A DNA stretch of 62,635 nucleotides, the filler included, from Aduncisulcus paluster (lineage: Eukaryota): assembly GCA_024181965.1 (NCBI GenBank). It is 5 parts of 5 records of this genome, joined end to end, with 100 filler letters (N's around TTAATTAATTAA, not from the genome) between each part and the next. Parts side by side here need not be neighbours in the genome. Positions count along the whole stretch, not along the records: positions 32,853 to 53,487 come from BQXS01012705.1; positions 53,588 to 60,503 come from BQXS01012713.1; positions 60,604 to 62,635 come from BQXS01012740.1; 2 more parts are not named here. The stretch is one strand, 5' to 3'. The notes beneath the pieces were generated by a model. It made no database searches. It saw nothing but the letters and a program-made list of their open reading frames with translations, and was not told where the DNA came from. Within the stretch, counting starts at the first letter, position 1. Each line of letters begins with the position of its first letter. Of this stretch, positions 48,339 to 61,507 are shown one piece after another. The position numbers were made by a program, and so were the translations under genes.

Positions 48339-51300
48339 ATGTCAGAAGGTGACATTAAAGATTTAAAAGATGCTCTAAATGAGCTTCAAGAAATGAAAAT
48401 TCTATTAGAAAAGGCCCAGCTTCATGCTAAACTTGGATCTGAGCTTTTTTCAGAATCTGACATGGGTATGTTGGTAAAACATGGTAAGCTCGGAATAGAA
48501 ATTGATCAATCAATTAAAGAATTGGATAGTCTAATTCAATTACCTGCTAAGGTGACCTCAATTAGTGGAATATTAGATCGTGAACTGTTGATGGATTCTC
48601 TTCCTGAATTGCCAAAGACATATGAAGAAATTGATGAATTAGTTGTTTTAATTCCAACAAATGAGGCCATTTTCCCATTGATAAATTCATTTTATCGAGT
48701 ATTACAGAATTTTCCACGGAGTATATTGGAGAAATTTGATGATACTTCGTATTTATCTGGATTTGCGCAAATGTTTTCCATCCATGATTCAAAATATGCT
48801 GAAAAGGGTAAAATTTTTTGTGAACCTGAATTGGCCCTTGACAACCCGACACAATGGTGGAAATCAGAATGGCTTCCATCTTTTCAGGAAATTCTCTCAT
48901 TAAGCATTGAAAAAGATTTTAAAGAACGATTTGGCGATTTTATTGATGATATTCAATCTGATGATTGTAAAAACAAGAATGAAACCATGGATATCATGTT
49001 CGATCTTGTTCATCATCAGCTGGAAACCGATCTTCAGAAAGTCAGAGATTACGTGTTCCCATGGTTCTCAGTTCCTTTAAATAAGTTAAATATATTTAGA
49101 GTTTATTACTCGAATTATATCCGGTGTATTATCACTGTTTGTATCCAGCCAATTCCAAGGATTTCTTCTCAACAAGGTGTCCATATTATCATGAAATTTA
49201 TCAAACGTGTATTGTCCACTCTTAAAATGATTCGTACGGATTATTTCCACGTCCTCGATGAAAAAGTCAAGCGAAGTGAACGAGGAAGCACTGCTTTCAA
49301 ACAGGACCTTTTTGTGACCCATATGAACGATGTAGAAACTGAACTTGTCGGATTCAAGGCAGAGAGTTTCCTAGGGCCCCATATTTCAATGTTTGAGAAG
49401 AGTATTCGTGAGAAACTATACAACCAGGTTGATAAGATGCTGAGGGAATATACCAGTGAATCAGAGCGTTATAAAGAGATTAAATTGCAACCTCAGCTCA
49501 TGAGAATCTTTAATATTCAGCTCAAGACAACTGTTGATGGATCGTATGATTCAACTCTTGTTGTTACGACTCTTGATGCTATATTGCAGGGTGTTAAGTA
49601 TGCCGGAGAAAGCACAAAGAAAGTATTAAATGGGAAATCGCTTTGTCTTCAGAAAAAACTTGATATTGTTGTCGAGAGTGGTGAACTGTTGTTGTTCGTT
49701 CATGAATTCATTCAAAATATTGTAAAGATAGCTGGAGAGCACTATCAACATAAAACCGACCTTTTATTGCATATGCTAGTCGATACAGAATCATCCATTG
49801 ATAAGATAAAGAAGAAAGGAGATGAGGCTGAGGAATCATACGTTTCTATTGCTTCTGAAGGTCGATACGATATTATTAATACTTTATTCAGGGAAAAAGT
49901 GAATAATGCNNNNNNNNNNNNNNNNNNNNTATCAACATAAAACCGACCTTTTATTGCATATGCTAGTCGATACAGAATCATCCATTGATAAGATAAAGAA
50001 GAAAGGAGATGAGGCTGAGGAATCATACGTTTCTATTGCTTCTGAAGGTCGATACGATATTATTAATACTTTATTCAGGGAAAAAGTGAATAATGCCATA
50101 TTCTATCAGATGTTTTCGGACCAATGGTTATCCTCATTTACAAAAACTAACCTTAAACCAAGTGATTTGATATTTGCGTATATTAACTCTGTGAACGATG
50201 GGCTAACTATCCTTGAAAAACGACTCGACAGCATCACATTCCGTTCCATTGCCTTACTGTGCTGTCGACGTATGGTTATATCTTGGTGTGTTCTTGTCCT
50301 TATCCATTGTGCTTCCTATGTCCCATCAACGTCCACTCCTTCGAGTAAAGGAGGGAAAGGGCTTGAAAAGAGAATGATTCCCGATGAGGATGGGGCTCCG
50401 AAACAGTGGAAGTCCGGACTGTGGCTCGAGGCCAAGGAGGCATGTGCTTATTCGTGGTATGAGTACCTCAGATCACCAGAGTTCCAAAGCCAGTTTGGAT
50501 ATAATTCTTCGCATCGTTCTTTCAAGGAAGTTCTGGATGTCGTGGAGAAAATGGTCACTGCTTTCATGAGTGGTGCAGCAATTGAAGAGAATGTCATGTC
50601 AAAATCATCCTTTGAGAAGGGTAGCTCTCGAGCAAAGAACAAAATGGAACCCATGAATCTTTATGATAATAAGTTGGCCATAAGATTGGTGGAAAAAGAT
50701 GTTGCCGAGATGGCATCATTTCTTGATGTTATTGACGAGAAATTGAAGCATCGATACTCTTCAGACTTTGCTTCAATGAAGGCGTCAATGCAATGTATCT
50801 CCAGTATGCTGAAGGCAGCGGCACCAAGGGACGAATTCGAGTTTTGTGCTCCTGTTTTTGAACAACCCCAAACACTATTTGTTATCTTGACCCTTCTCAA
50901 GAATCCAAAAATAGATACCCAACTCATATCTGGTTTTGTTGGTGGTTTACATGAGGTTCGTATTTTCAAAAGCCAGGAGTATGTATCTATTGGGTGTTTA
51001 TCAATGCCCGGTATCCTCTCCCATCTCTTGTTCGAAGATCCTAGGAGTCAAGACTTTATTCTCAAGCGTGAACATCTCATATCTTCAACTTCATTGCAGC
51101 AATTCATGTCCACCACAGATGAAGGGAGACTGACGAAACTGTGGCGTCGGTCAGAGAGTAGCATTGGTGGGTGTATCCGAATGTGCAGCGATCTTCCTTC
51201 CCCTTATTGCAGAATATGGTGTGATTCAGTTCGGGAAGCCATTGAAAAGATTCCAGAATGTGTCAAAGATATCTCTGATTGGGGAAATTGTTTGTTGGTA

Positions 51301-51642
51301 TGTCAGAGAGCTCTCGAACAGCCAGAGGAAGAAGTGATTGATGATTGTTTAAAGTTCATTGTTCGGTTGAACCAATCACATGTATTTGATGAAGAAACAT
51401 TTGGAATGAAAGAATCATTGTTTGGTCTGACGGAGAGTCTTGTGAAACTTGCCATGAAGAAGTATGACGAAGATCGAGTACATAAAGTCGTTGCTTTTGT
51501 CGAAAAAACTAAGAATGTTTGGGTAGCCGAGAAGAAAGACCATGAACTGATCACTTGGCTAAACAAATTCCATTCATATTTGAAGGATAAGAAGGGGAAG
51601 AAGCTTGAACTTGAGCATTTGATTGAGTCTCTGGAACATTGA
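48339..51642 (+). CDS. Exocyst subunit Sec6/EXOC3-like, with an assembly duplication at 49743-50096
   Basis: Two ORFs join across the duplicated overlap. LETDLQKVRDYVFPWF...NIFRVYYSNY resembles the Sec6 DL..V.P.FP..IF..Y motif. Confidence 0.65.
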
Positions 51643-52865
51643 AGTTTAATAATATCCGAATCACTTGCTTCTTCAACTTGAAACCCTTCAAATTGGTGGG
51701 GATATCAGAGATTATATTAAATTAAATCATTTGAAGTGCAAATAACAAGAATGGAATGAGATTTACTCAAGACAATAATGAAAGTATCTAATTATGAGAT
51801 ATTTCTGACACAAGAAGAAAAAAAAACTTCATCCTTCGAATTCAACGTTACTTGGAAAGAAACGGTCAAATTTTTGAAAAAAAAAAAAAAAAAAAAAAAA
51901 TTTCTCTTCTCGCCATATATCACTTTGTCATATTATTATCGATGAAAATAGATAAATAGTGAGAAGAACAAGGAATAAAAATAGATATTTATGATAGAAT
52001 GTTGTCCATCATGTCTACAACATAGAGAGTAAGAAAGATGGATAAAATGGTTAAGAAAGAGGATCAGAACTAAAGATTGCCCAGAAAACAACTTTAATAA
52101 TGAACTATATATAAAATAATAATAATAAAAATATATTAAAAAAAGAAAAATACAATGACAAACAACAATATTTGTGAACAAAATCCGCAAACACTTTATA
52201 ATAATAATATATAAAAAAAACAAATCTTTCAAGATAAGCACAACAAAAAGGAGCAAAATTACAACATTAATTAGAAAAAAGAAGAAATATCACAAATTAA
52301 TGGTTCATTTCTCTCTCTCTCTCTCTCTCTCTGAATTCGTTTGGTTGAACAAACTTAACAACGGAATCGATTCAGATATAGTAGAAAGAGAAAGAAAGTG
52401 CAGAAGGAGGAAGAAGGTTCTCACTGGGTATATATAATATTAAAATAGTCACATCACTCTCCACACACATTCACAGAAAGGACTCACATAGTTACTCATA
52501 TTCTATTTATAGATCTTAGAACTCATAGATAGAGCACAATGAGGTGGCAAGATTTACAAAAGAGAATATAAATATATAGTAAGACTTATATACACAAATG
52601 TACATAAGCGACATTTCAATGAATTTAAAAGAGAGAATTGAAAGGAAAGACTGACTTGAATAACATAAGGGGTTCCAATAAAGTGAAATATATCCAGATA
52701 ACGCAGCAGAAGGATAAAAGAGAGATTAGAAGGTGAAAATAGTCATAAGTCATGTACTAATTTGAACTACACTGTAAGTACAGTAAATTATCAATAATCT
52801 CACACGAAATGTGCGGTCCTCAGATAAATTGGTCACCAGCTGAGTCCTGATTCTCCATAGGCTCG

Positions 52866-53487
52866 TTAAACGTTATATTTGGGATTGACAATGGTGACCA
52901 TCACTCGTTGCGGAGGCTTGACAGGATTTCCTGTCAAAGGACCAATGCTTTCACCTTTCCTTCTCTTTTCAAGTCTGGCCTTCATTAATCTCTCTTTTTC
53001 TTTACGTTGCTCTTTCATTTGACGGAATTTCTGGTATTCGCGTTGGATGTTCTTCTTCTTCTTCATCATCTCACTCTCTTCACGCCACTTCTTACGCTCG
53101 AGCAAGGCAGACACTTCCTCTTTATCGCTACGGGCACGATCACGCTTCACCTGGGGAGAACACAGAGTCTTGGAGGCATATACTCGTTCTTCTCTGATAG
53201 TGGAGGACAGAGAAGCTGGAAGCATGGAGTGTGAAGGCGCTGAGATATACGATATCATTGAGGGGGAGGCAGAGGGCATCACAGAAGGGTTGGCATTGTG
53301 GAAATGGGAAGAGGAAGTGGATTGACGGGCACTTGAAGACGAGGTGTGGATCATCTCAGGGCTATCCTGATAAGCATATGCTCCAGAGCCAGGAGATCCA
53401 TCATATCCACTGTGATAAGGTGAGTGTGGATCAACCTCTGAGGAAGCTGTGAGTATTCCTTCACGAACGAGTTCCACGTACTCACGT
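52866..53487 (-). CDS. C-terminal part of an unknown gene, 5'-truncated
   Basis: Frame open from the scaffold edge. Ser-rich region followed by a basic coiled coil. Confidence 0.6.
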
Positions 53488-54119
53488 NNNNNNNNNNNNN
53501 NNNNNNNNNNNNNNNNNNNNNNNNNNNNNNNTTAATTAATTAANNNNNNNNNNNNNNNNNNNNNNNNNNNNNNNNNNNNNNNNNNNNCATGGAAAGAGTT
53601 GAGAAACGACTATACTCAGAACTTAGGAAAGAATCGACAAGTGACACAACATTCCAATTCTAGGTCAATAGCAAGTCATCTTCTACAGTTACGCTATCTC
53701 CAAAAAATATAACTTAAGACCTAAAATACTGGAGAAGACATGCAGATGAAGTAATAATTACAATTATCTTCAAACATACAATACCATTTCACATCAACAG
53801 TTTCATTCAAGACCACATCATCAAAACTCAAATCACAAAGAACACACCCCAACCAAAGATATTGAAAGTAGAAACGGCATTCAAGACCATGTCATCACGT
53901 CCTCATTGTACTATACCCACGTTATCACCACTTCCATCAAATCCACTTCACATTCCCAAAAATTACAATATTTCATAATATATGCATAAAATATACTTAT
54001 TATAGATAATTTTTAAATAAAGACAAAAAATAAATGCACCTAACACCATTATATACGAAATTTATCACACCCCTTTTCACCATTTTCCAAATTTTATAAA
54101 TACTCGATTATGAGCCCCA

Positions 54120-54935
54120 ATGGTAAAAAAACATAAGTCCCACCCCTCCCAAAGAAAAAAAGTAGGCAAATTAAAGAAAGCCAGGGCCTTCATTGTACGC
54201 CACAGCGTAAATCTGATCAACGAAGAACTGATTTACGCCCCCAGGCCGGGAAGAAAGCCCAAATACATCATCCCGATATATCAATGGGTAGCAGAATGTA
54301 AAAAGGCTGCAATTATAATGACACAGAATCAGCTCGAAAAGCGCCTCCCAAGATGGTTCCCAGATGGCAGGGCATCAATCGTACAAGAATTCGAACAATT
54401 AGGATTCAAGGAATGCATATTCTGCGGGGCCATAAAACCCCCACCCTTCTCCTTCTGTCCAACCCCCGCATGCGAAGGTCGCCACGGATTCTGCAAAGAC
54501 TGCCAATCAACTGGCACACGTTCAGCTAACAGTATTGAAAAAGGGATATCCCATCTCGTGGATCCCGGCCTCGAAATTATGGATTATTGGAGCTAAATTA
54601 TTCATCTTATTCGTCTAGAGATATTGAAATATAACGATACCACCGAAAATCAGCTAAGGGTGCCTCCTATGCTTCCAACTATGAAGCTGGCACCCAGATT
54701 TTACCCGTTACCGCTGTATTTAGTTCGAAAAAGTTTACTGACTCCGTACGGAGAACGAAAAATTGGGAAAAGGTTGAAAAAGCTGGATAAGGGGTGTGGA
54801 ATTATATCTATCCACACAGATGGAATTACAGCAAGAGTTATTTTGGGTCCTCGGGCCCCTTCAAATCCATATCCAACCGTTTTTACTCCCCCTTCCACTC
54901 CTCATCCAACCCCGGTTTTGTGTGTAGGTATGGAT
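54120..54935 (+). pseudogene. Truncated Fanzor paralog (N-terminus to RuvC-I)
   Basis: ORFs 54120..54596 and 54624.. share one frame, split by a single TAA. RVPPMLPTMK.APRFYPL, TPYG, IHTDGITARVILGP and LCVGMD align with RLPPILPTSK.GMRFFPL, SAYG, VLTDGVGARLVMGP and LCLGVD of the 18326 Fanzor. Confidence 0.8.
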
Positions 54936-55731
54936 GAGGATCAAGCTGCCGAAATGGATGTAATCATGAACGAATTAGGAGAAGAAATTGTGCGATACAT
55001 TTCAGTTCAAACGAGAAACCACGTCGATTTTGAGTGATCTGTGCGGAATTTATGTCCGAGATCTGTGTGAAACGGGCTTGAAAAGCATCATGACTTGGGG
55101 ATTGTGCTCTGCTGCTGACAAAGACGTAATGGCAGCCTGGGAGATAATGAGATCCCAAATCTCAGAGACAACAAGGTCTCCATTCATCGTCACTGTGGTT
55201 TCTCTGTAGGTTAAGGTTCATCTGAAGGTCTTTGCCATAGCGGCTGACACCCATCAGAGGGAAAAGCTGGCGGATCTAAAGAATAGCTTCTCGAACAACT
55301 GTGTGTTCTGTACAGGGAAACAATCGGGCCAAATGGTGAGCGTGAAGGATTGGTTGGAGGGAAAGGAGTGTGAGAGATGAAACGGTTGCGACCTCTTTGG
55401 GATAGATCTTCTACATATGGAGATCTCATTAAATCTCATAAAATGCAATCGGATAACACTAATAACGAACGATACGTCGTTAATTTATATCTGCGCCCGT
55501 AATGGGGCTAGTGTTATCCGTCCTCACACAATTGTATGACTATGGTAAGAGTTTTTTTTTTCTAACGCTTGTAGGACAATACACCTTTGTCAAGCCCAAA
55601 TTTCAGTTTTTTTTAGATTCACCTTCTGATGAAGATTTTTACAATGCTTTTGATGATGATTTTTTTTTGTCACCAGTGCAGTCTATAACAGGAGAGGAAA
55701 TCTCGACCGAGATATCATTGGTACGATAAGG

Positions 55732-56040
55732 GTGGCCGCTGAAGATCTCTGGGTTGCTAAACCCCTTCATCCTGAGCGAAGAACACAACTCAGAGATCTT
55801 TGGCGGGAGATCTCCCCTGGACAACGCCTCCTCTATTATGGGATACAAGGGTTCATTGATGGTGTGTCGGCATCTCGTAAATTGTCCACCGTGGCAATGA
55901 AGACCACCATCATGAACTTGCCCAAAGAGGAGAGGGTTAGTCTGAGGGAGATCTCAGAAGTTTCAAACTTCCCACCCGAATTGATGTCCAAAGTAACCGA
56001 GAGGTTTGTCGAAGATATGCTCTGTTTACAAGAAGGGGCT
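55732..56040 (+). pseudogene. CACTA/EnSpm (CMC)-like transposase fragment
   Basis: GIQGFIDGVS...TTIMNLPKEER...FVEDMLCLQEG. Paralogous pieces at 57455-57640 and 59825-60503. Confidence 0.6.
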
Positions 56041-56109
56041 TCGGGAAGAATTTCAGATGAGAGTTGCTTCGTGGTCACAGATTCGTCTCGATCACCTTAG
56101 CTCGAGATC

Positions 56110-56370
56110 CGTCAGTTTCAACGATTGCTTTCCTGGGATTCAGTGGGTTCAAATATTGGGAAAATACAAAAGACACCCACAACAAATCTTCCTTTTTATC
56201 TACATTGAAACGTTTCAATGTCTTCTTAGGCCCAAGAAAGTCATGGATTGTCCTGGTAATTGATAATGCTCGGATCCATCATAACATCGCAATTGCTGAA
56301 TTTTGTTTTAAAAATAACATTATTTTAGCCTTCTTACCACCTTATTGTCCATTTTTAGATCCTACTAAAA
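56110..56370 (+). pseudogene. Tc1/IS630 transposase DDE fragment (partly duplicated at 56492-56692 by an assembly overlap)
   Basis: IAFLG..G, VLVIDNARIHH..LAFLPPYCPFLDP. Confidence 0.85.
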
Positions 56371-57454
56371 TTAATTTCCTTCATCGGTACAGTGAACCAA
56401 TCACATACAGACCTAATGCGGTGATGATGATAGGAAAATTAAGAACTTCCACTTCTTAGATAAAACGTTTTCNNNNNNNNNNNNNNNNNNNNGATCCATC
56501 ATAACATCGCAATTGCTGAATTTTGTTTTAAAAATAACATTATTTTAGCCTTCTTACCACCTTATTGTCCATTTTTAGATCCTACTAAAATTAATTTCCT
56601 TCATCGGTACAGTGAACCAATCACATACAGACCTAATGCGGTGATGATGATAGGAAAATTAAGAACTTCCACTTCTTAGATAAAACGTTTTCGGTTAGGT
56701 ATCAGGTCGATATGCGACATGGGGACGCATTTCTCCAAAAAAATTATGAATTTCCAAATTTGACTCAGTTCATGATAATAGAGACATCTGAAGGTTTATA
56801 CTACAAATCAATAGTATTGAAGGACATTTTAGTACTTTAAAGTCTCTGCCGCAAAGAAAATATGGAAAAGTCATCGAAAAAACAGGATTTTTTTAATAAT
56901 TTTTTTAATAACGATGATTATATTTCTTAGATTCCCCGTTCCTCACCGCACTCATTCCAGGTCATGGCTCGAACAACCCACCAAAATTTTACAGTGGGTG
57001 AATTTTCAAATTTTTCAATTTCACCACCACCAAAAAGAGGCCATAAAAATCCCACAATATTTTGATACACCTTGTTTTTCTTTGATTTTATCTTTTGTTC
57101 TCAATTTTCAGCTTTCTCCTTCTCTTCTTTCAAAAATATGCAAAGCTCTCTCTCAAACAGGCCTACCTGTAGATTTATGTCCGTCAACTTATTTTTTTTA
57201 CCGTGAACGTGTGACTATCTCAGGTCCCAAGCTGATATTGTGCAAGAACATACCTTTTTTTTCCCCTCCGTCCAGAAGTCTTGTGACGTCCCTTTCACGA
57301 TATGATCATAATCTCTTTTCCTTGCTTAGTGACTCCCCAATGAAAGAGGAAGTGGGCAGCAGACATCGATACTGCCGGGACTTGGCTCTCACTTCCTCTG
57401 TCTATAATTGGCGGGATCAGTATTCAGGTCAAGAAACATTGATCAGATCGTGAA

Positions 57455-57640
57455 GGTGGCGGCAGAGGATTTATGGTGTAATTAAATGCTTCATGAGGAA
57501 AGGAGAGAACACCTCCGAGAGATGTGGAAGGTAATAACCCCAAAGAAACTCCTGAATTGTGGCTTTCAGTGCTTTGTGGATGGAGTTTCCATCTCCAACA
57601 AGCTGGGGACAGTGGCCATGAAGTCTACGATGGTAAACGT
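57455..57640 (+). pseudogene. Second CACTA-like transposase fragment
   Basis: VAAEDLW..LHEERREHLREMW..GFQCFVDGVSISNKLGTVAMKSTMVN, collinear with 55732. Confidence 0.65.
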
Positions 57641-57943
57641 TTAGATGGATGATATGTACGAAGAATTAAACAAAGAAATTACTTCTAACACGCCTTCTAA
57701 GTCCTTCCCCGTCCCAGCATCCGATCTTGCCCCAAAGACATGGGTTGATAAATGTTCTTTCGTGAAATCCAAGCTCTCTGTGGATACGATTGACAATTTA
57801 ACCAAACGCAGTGTCACTCTTTCCATGCCCCCGTCAGAAACGCCTTCCTCGATCATTGCTTCCCGTGCAGACCCTGCCCCCCCAAGAGCAAAAAGGGAGA
57901 AGAGGAAGAAGGAGAAGATGGTACAACTGGATTTATTGACATT

Positions 57944-58426
57944 ATGCAATTTGCATCAATTGTTAACTATCATCGGTCCGCCTTGAAGAAAAATCCGACC
58001 CATTCTGCAGTTTTTCGCAATTGGGTCATGAACACCATTGGAATCTTCATGCCATCACCGATTGACGGCCTCAAAGTCGTCCGAATCTCATATGACTACG
58101 AAAGGAAGGAGATCAATTCCCTATATTATAGGGACACTAAACCTGATCCCATTACAGGGAAGACCCCTTCTTTCAAGCCAAAGGGACTAATTCTTTGTTA
58201 TTGCCCTGACTTTAACGGAATGGAAGCCGGTGCGTCCTGGTATAGATTAAAGGTGCACACGGAACAATATGTTATCAGTGGGTTTGGAATGAAACGCAAG
58301 GCATTATGGATGAAAGATCCGCATGAGCTTATTATCGAAATGATTCGTTTAGAAGGCAATTATTTGGCAAGACTCCGAACAGCAGTTTTGAGCGATGCCA
58401 AGGAAATCATCAAGATGATTGACTAG
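57944..58426 (+). CDS. Unknown ORF in a TE patchwork, probably a frameshifted continuation of 57645..57986
   Basis: 160 open codons with protein-like composition and no recognised motif. Confidence 0.35.
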   Translation: MQFASIVNYHRSALKKNPTHSAVFRNWVMNTIGIFMPSPIDGLKVVRISYDYERKEINSLYYRDTKPDPITGKTPSFKPKGLILCYCPDFNGMEAGASWYRLKVHTEQYVISGFGMKRKALWMKDPHELIIEMIRLEGNYLARLRTAVLSDAKEIIKMID

Positions 58427-58809
58427 ACACCGAGAAATCTTGACGGGTATTATGTCATGCATTTGATATTCTCTCTCTCTCTCCCATCCTCTATTGTGGC
58501 ATTGCATGTAATTCCTTGTCACTTAGTTGAGATAATAATTCGGTTCGGTCACGTTGCGAATGTTAACACTGCTGTTTGTATACAATAATAATTAAAACCG
58601 AGTAAATCAAATGGAATTTTGTTTTCGAATGATGTATGAGCAGGAAGGCAGTGAGAGAAAGAGGGAGGAATGAGAGAAGAGAAGAAGAGTAGGGATGGTG
58701 ATGGACTCCGTGAGTCCTACCAGAAGCCGTACAGAGGAAAGATTTGTCTATATTTGAAATATCTATGATAGATGAGGTCAAGTATGATTGTTATAGAAAT
58801 CAAAACGTT

Positions 58810-59547
58810 CCAATCTGGAATGTTTCTTGATGATTGTGTGGTTTTTGGTTCTCTTTATAGTATAGTAGCTGACTTCCCACAGCGTGCATCATTTGCAGGA
58901 ACTCCTCATGGAGGTAATTATCCGTGTTCGCAATGTGAGATAACTGGTTTGCAACTTCATTATGGTTTGGCTGGAAAGAGAAGGTATAGTTATATAAGAG
59001 GAAGAACATATCCTTTCAATGGGATCAATTTTAACCCATTCATACACATGGATGGTTATCCACTTCATATGGAAAATATTGGTGTCCTAGGGAGATATAC
59101 GATTCCTCTGCTCAGATCAATGCTTAACACAACTCAAAGAGATTGTATAGACTATACTGTGAGGTGAAAAGGATGTTAGCCTTTGAAGCAGAGAGAGCTC
59201 TGACAACTCCTCAACAACCTACACCGCAACAAAGGACTGTACTTCGCAAGAGATGCTCATATGCCAAGGTAGCATACCCCCCCATTGGAGGATGTTCAGG
59301 AACGTGTCTCAAAAAATTTCTGATTAGGTTTGGGAACCTACACACGATGGTGCACGATCTCTTGTGGAGTTCGCTAACAAACAAGGATTCAAAGATGCTC
59401 ATTCACTGGACTTATTATCGATTGCCGATTCTTCTGATAAATGGTTCCTGCCCACCCCTATACGCAAAAAATTTAAAAATGGTATCAAGGTTGTTGGAAT
59501 TTTTTTTTTGTTATTTTGCCATGGATATCCCCAATCCCGCCTTCTAA
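58810..59547 (+). pseudogene. CACTA-like transposase middle region
   Basis: SIVADFPQRA...YPCSQC...PLHMENIGVL fits the ADxP-CxxC-LH..xG pattern. Confidence 0.6.
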
Positions 59548-59824
59548 ATCGCATTTGAAAAATACCAGCAAAGAACTTAAAACAAAAATTTTAACTACTT
59601 TCCCCTCCTTTAGAACATTTTTGTGATTATTCCAATCCGTTGGGAGATGATTTTGGGCCACAAACGGATTTTGATGAACCAAGTTCACTAGGTTCTATTT
59701 TTAGATCTGAGAAAATTTTGGCCACCGCTTCAATAAGTGCTCTCTCTCCCCAAATATCTCAAACTAATCCATTTTTTTCAGACATTACTCCCATCACCTC
59801 AAAGCCCTCCTAATCCACTATTGC

Positions 59825-60503
59825 ATGACCTCTACCCCCATTACGGTCAATAGACTCGTTGATATTCACGATGCCCTTCGGAAAGATGGGCTAGATCCCA
59901 ATAAGTACTGCCGCTCTCGTTACTCAATTGAGCAGAAGAAAAAAGAAAAAGAGAAAGAAGCAAAAGATCTTCCTGGTGGTGGGATATACTTTCCTTTGAC
60001 CTCATATATCCGCCATTCGTTCCGGGATTTGGCCAAGAGGGATAAAAGGATGAACTTGTGGACTGTCTTTGAGAATCGAAGTGAAATGGTTGGAGGATTG
60101 CGTCATGAGTCTTCTTTGGGTCTTATGAGGGCAACTGTTATCTGTGAAAAGGCCAGGTTGTTGAAGGAAGAAGGAAAGATAGAAAGAGAAGAGTGGATTG
60201 AAATGGAGAGAGACTGCACCATTGTGAAGAGGAGGATGCTAAAATATGGGAGGATGGGAGATATTCTCGAGAAAAGGTTGCTAGAGTGGAAGAAAAGGCT
60301 TGAGATCCATCAGCCAGATATCCATAATATTTGGTGTCTTGGCATTCAACTATATTTGGATGGAGTCAGTGTTATAAGAAAAAGCAATGTATCAGTTTTG
60401 GGAGTCAAAGCATCGGTTATTAACCTGCCTCGTAATGAGAAGAACAGTTTCCAATACATTTGGGAACTAACATCAGTCCCAGACACTAATGAGAGTTTCA
60501 AGA
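59825..60503 (+). mobile_element. CACTA-like transposase, open to the scaffold edge
   Basis: GIQLYLDGVSV..VKASVINLPRNEK. Confidence 0.6.
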
Positions 60504-61507
60504 NNNNNNNNNNNNNNNNNNNNNNNNNNNNNNNNNNNNNNNNNNNNTTAATTAATTAANNNNNNNNNNNNNNNNNNNNNNNNNNNNNNNNNNNNNNNNN
60601 NNNAACTGAACTTAAACGTTTGATATTTGCCATACTACTCCATAAAATACTGCTACAAACAAAAAACACCCAACTCTCTGCTTCTGATTGTTGATCCTGG
60701 TTTCCACCATTGTCTCTGAAAATAATTGACAAATTGACATAACTGCCCCTCGCTTAACTCATTTGAATCTCGAATAACACATCAATAACATCAATAACAT
60801 CAATGCTGTTCTTATTCCCCAATCTGTGTGTCGCATCATCTTATTCTTGGATGATGATTCTTGATTCGTGATCTTTCCTTTGTTTTGCCGAATCCAAGCC
60901 TTTCCCTTCTCCTTGAATCATAAGAAGAGAACTAGAACTGGGTCTGGTCCTATGAAGTCTATTCTTTTTATTCTTGACTTCACCAATCTCCCATCTATCT
61001 ATGAGTAAATTTCCCCCCTTTTACCCCCATCCGTGGGGGTCCCCCCTGTACGGTGGTTGAACTGTACATTTCTTTATTATATTTTTTTCCCAAAAAAACA
61101 AACAAAAAAAAAAAAATACAAACTTTCCACCGGCGGTGGCTGAGAAAAGTGGGGGAACCTCTATCGAAAAAATATTTGATATTTGCATTCTTTATTGATT
61201 TGTAGCGGATACACAGGTGGCAAAGTTTTGTCGGGAAAATGTCATCTACCAAAAAAATATTATCTTATTTGGTTTGTTCTATTTCTTCTTGATGCGTGTG
61301 TTGATTGATCTGTGATATATATTCATGTCATCTACTTATTATCGAAAATGTCTTGCTCGATTTAAACAGGATAATATAAATCATATAATGTAATAATAGC
61401 ATTTTCAAAATATATTTGTTAATAATTTAACAAAATAATATGTATTGATCATTTTATTCTTTTGTTTGCACCTTTTCAACATTTTTGTCGTTTTTGCACT
61501 AGATAAA

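Noticed and set aside
54594..54596. TAA readthrough or an alternative genetic code
   Set aside because: Host genes are long open frames in the standard code and several end in TAA/TAG. This is more likely a nonsense mutation in a truncated relic.
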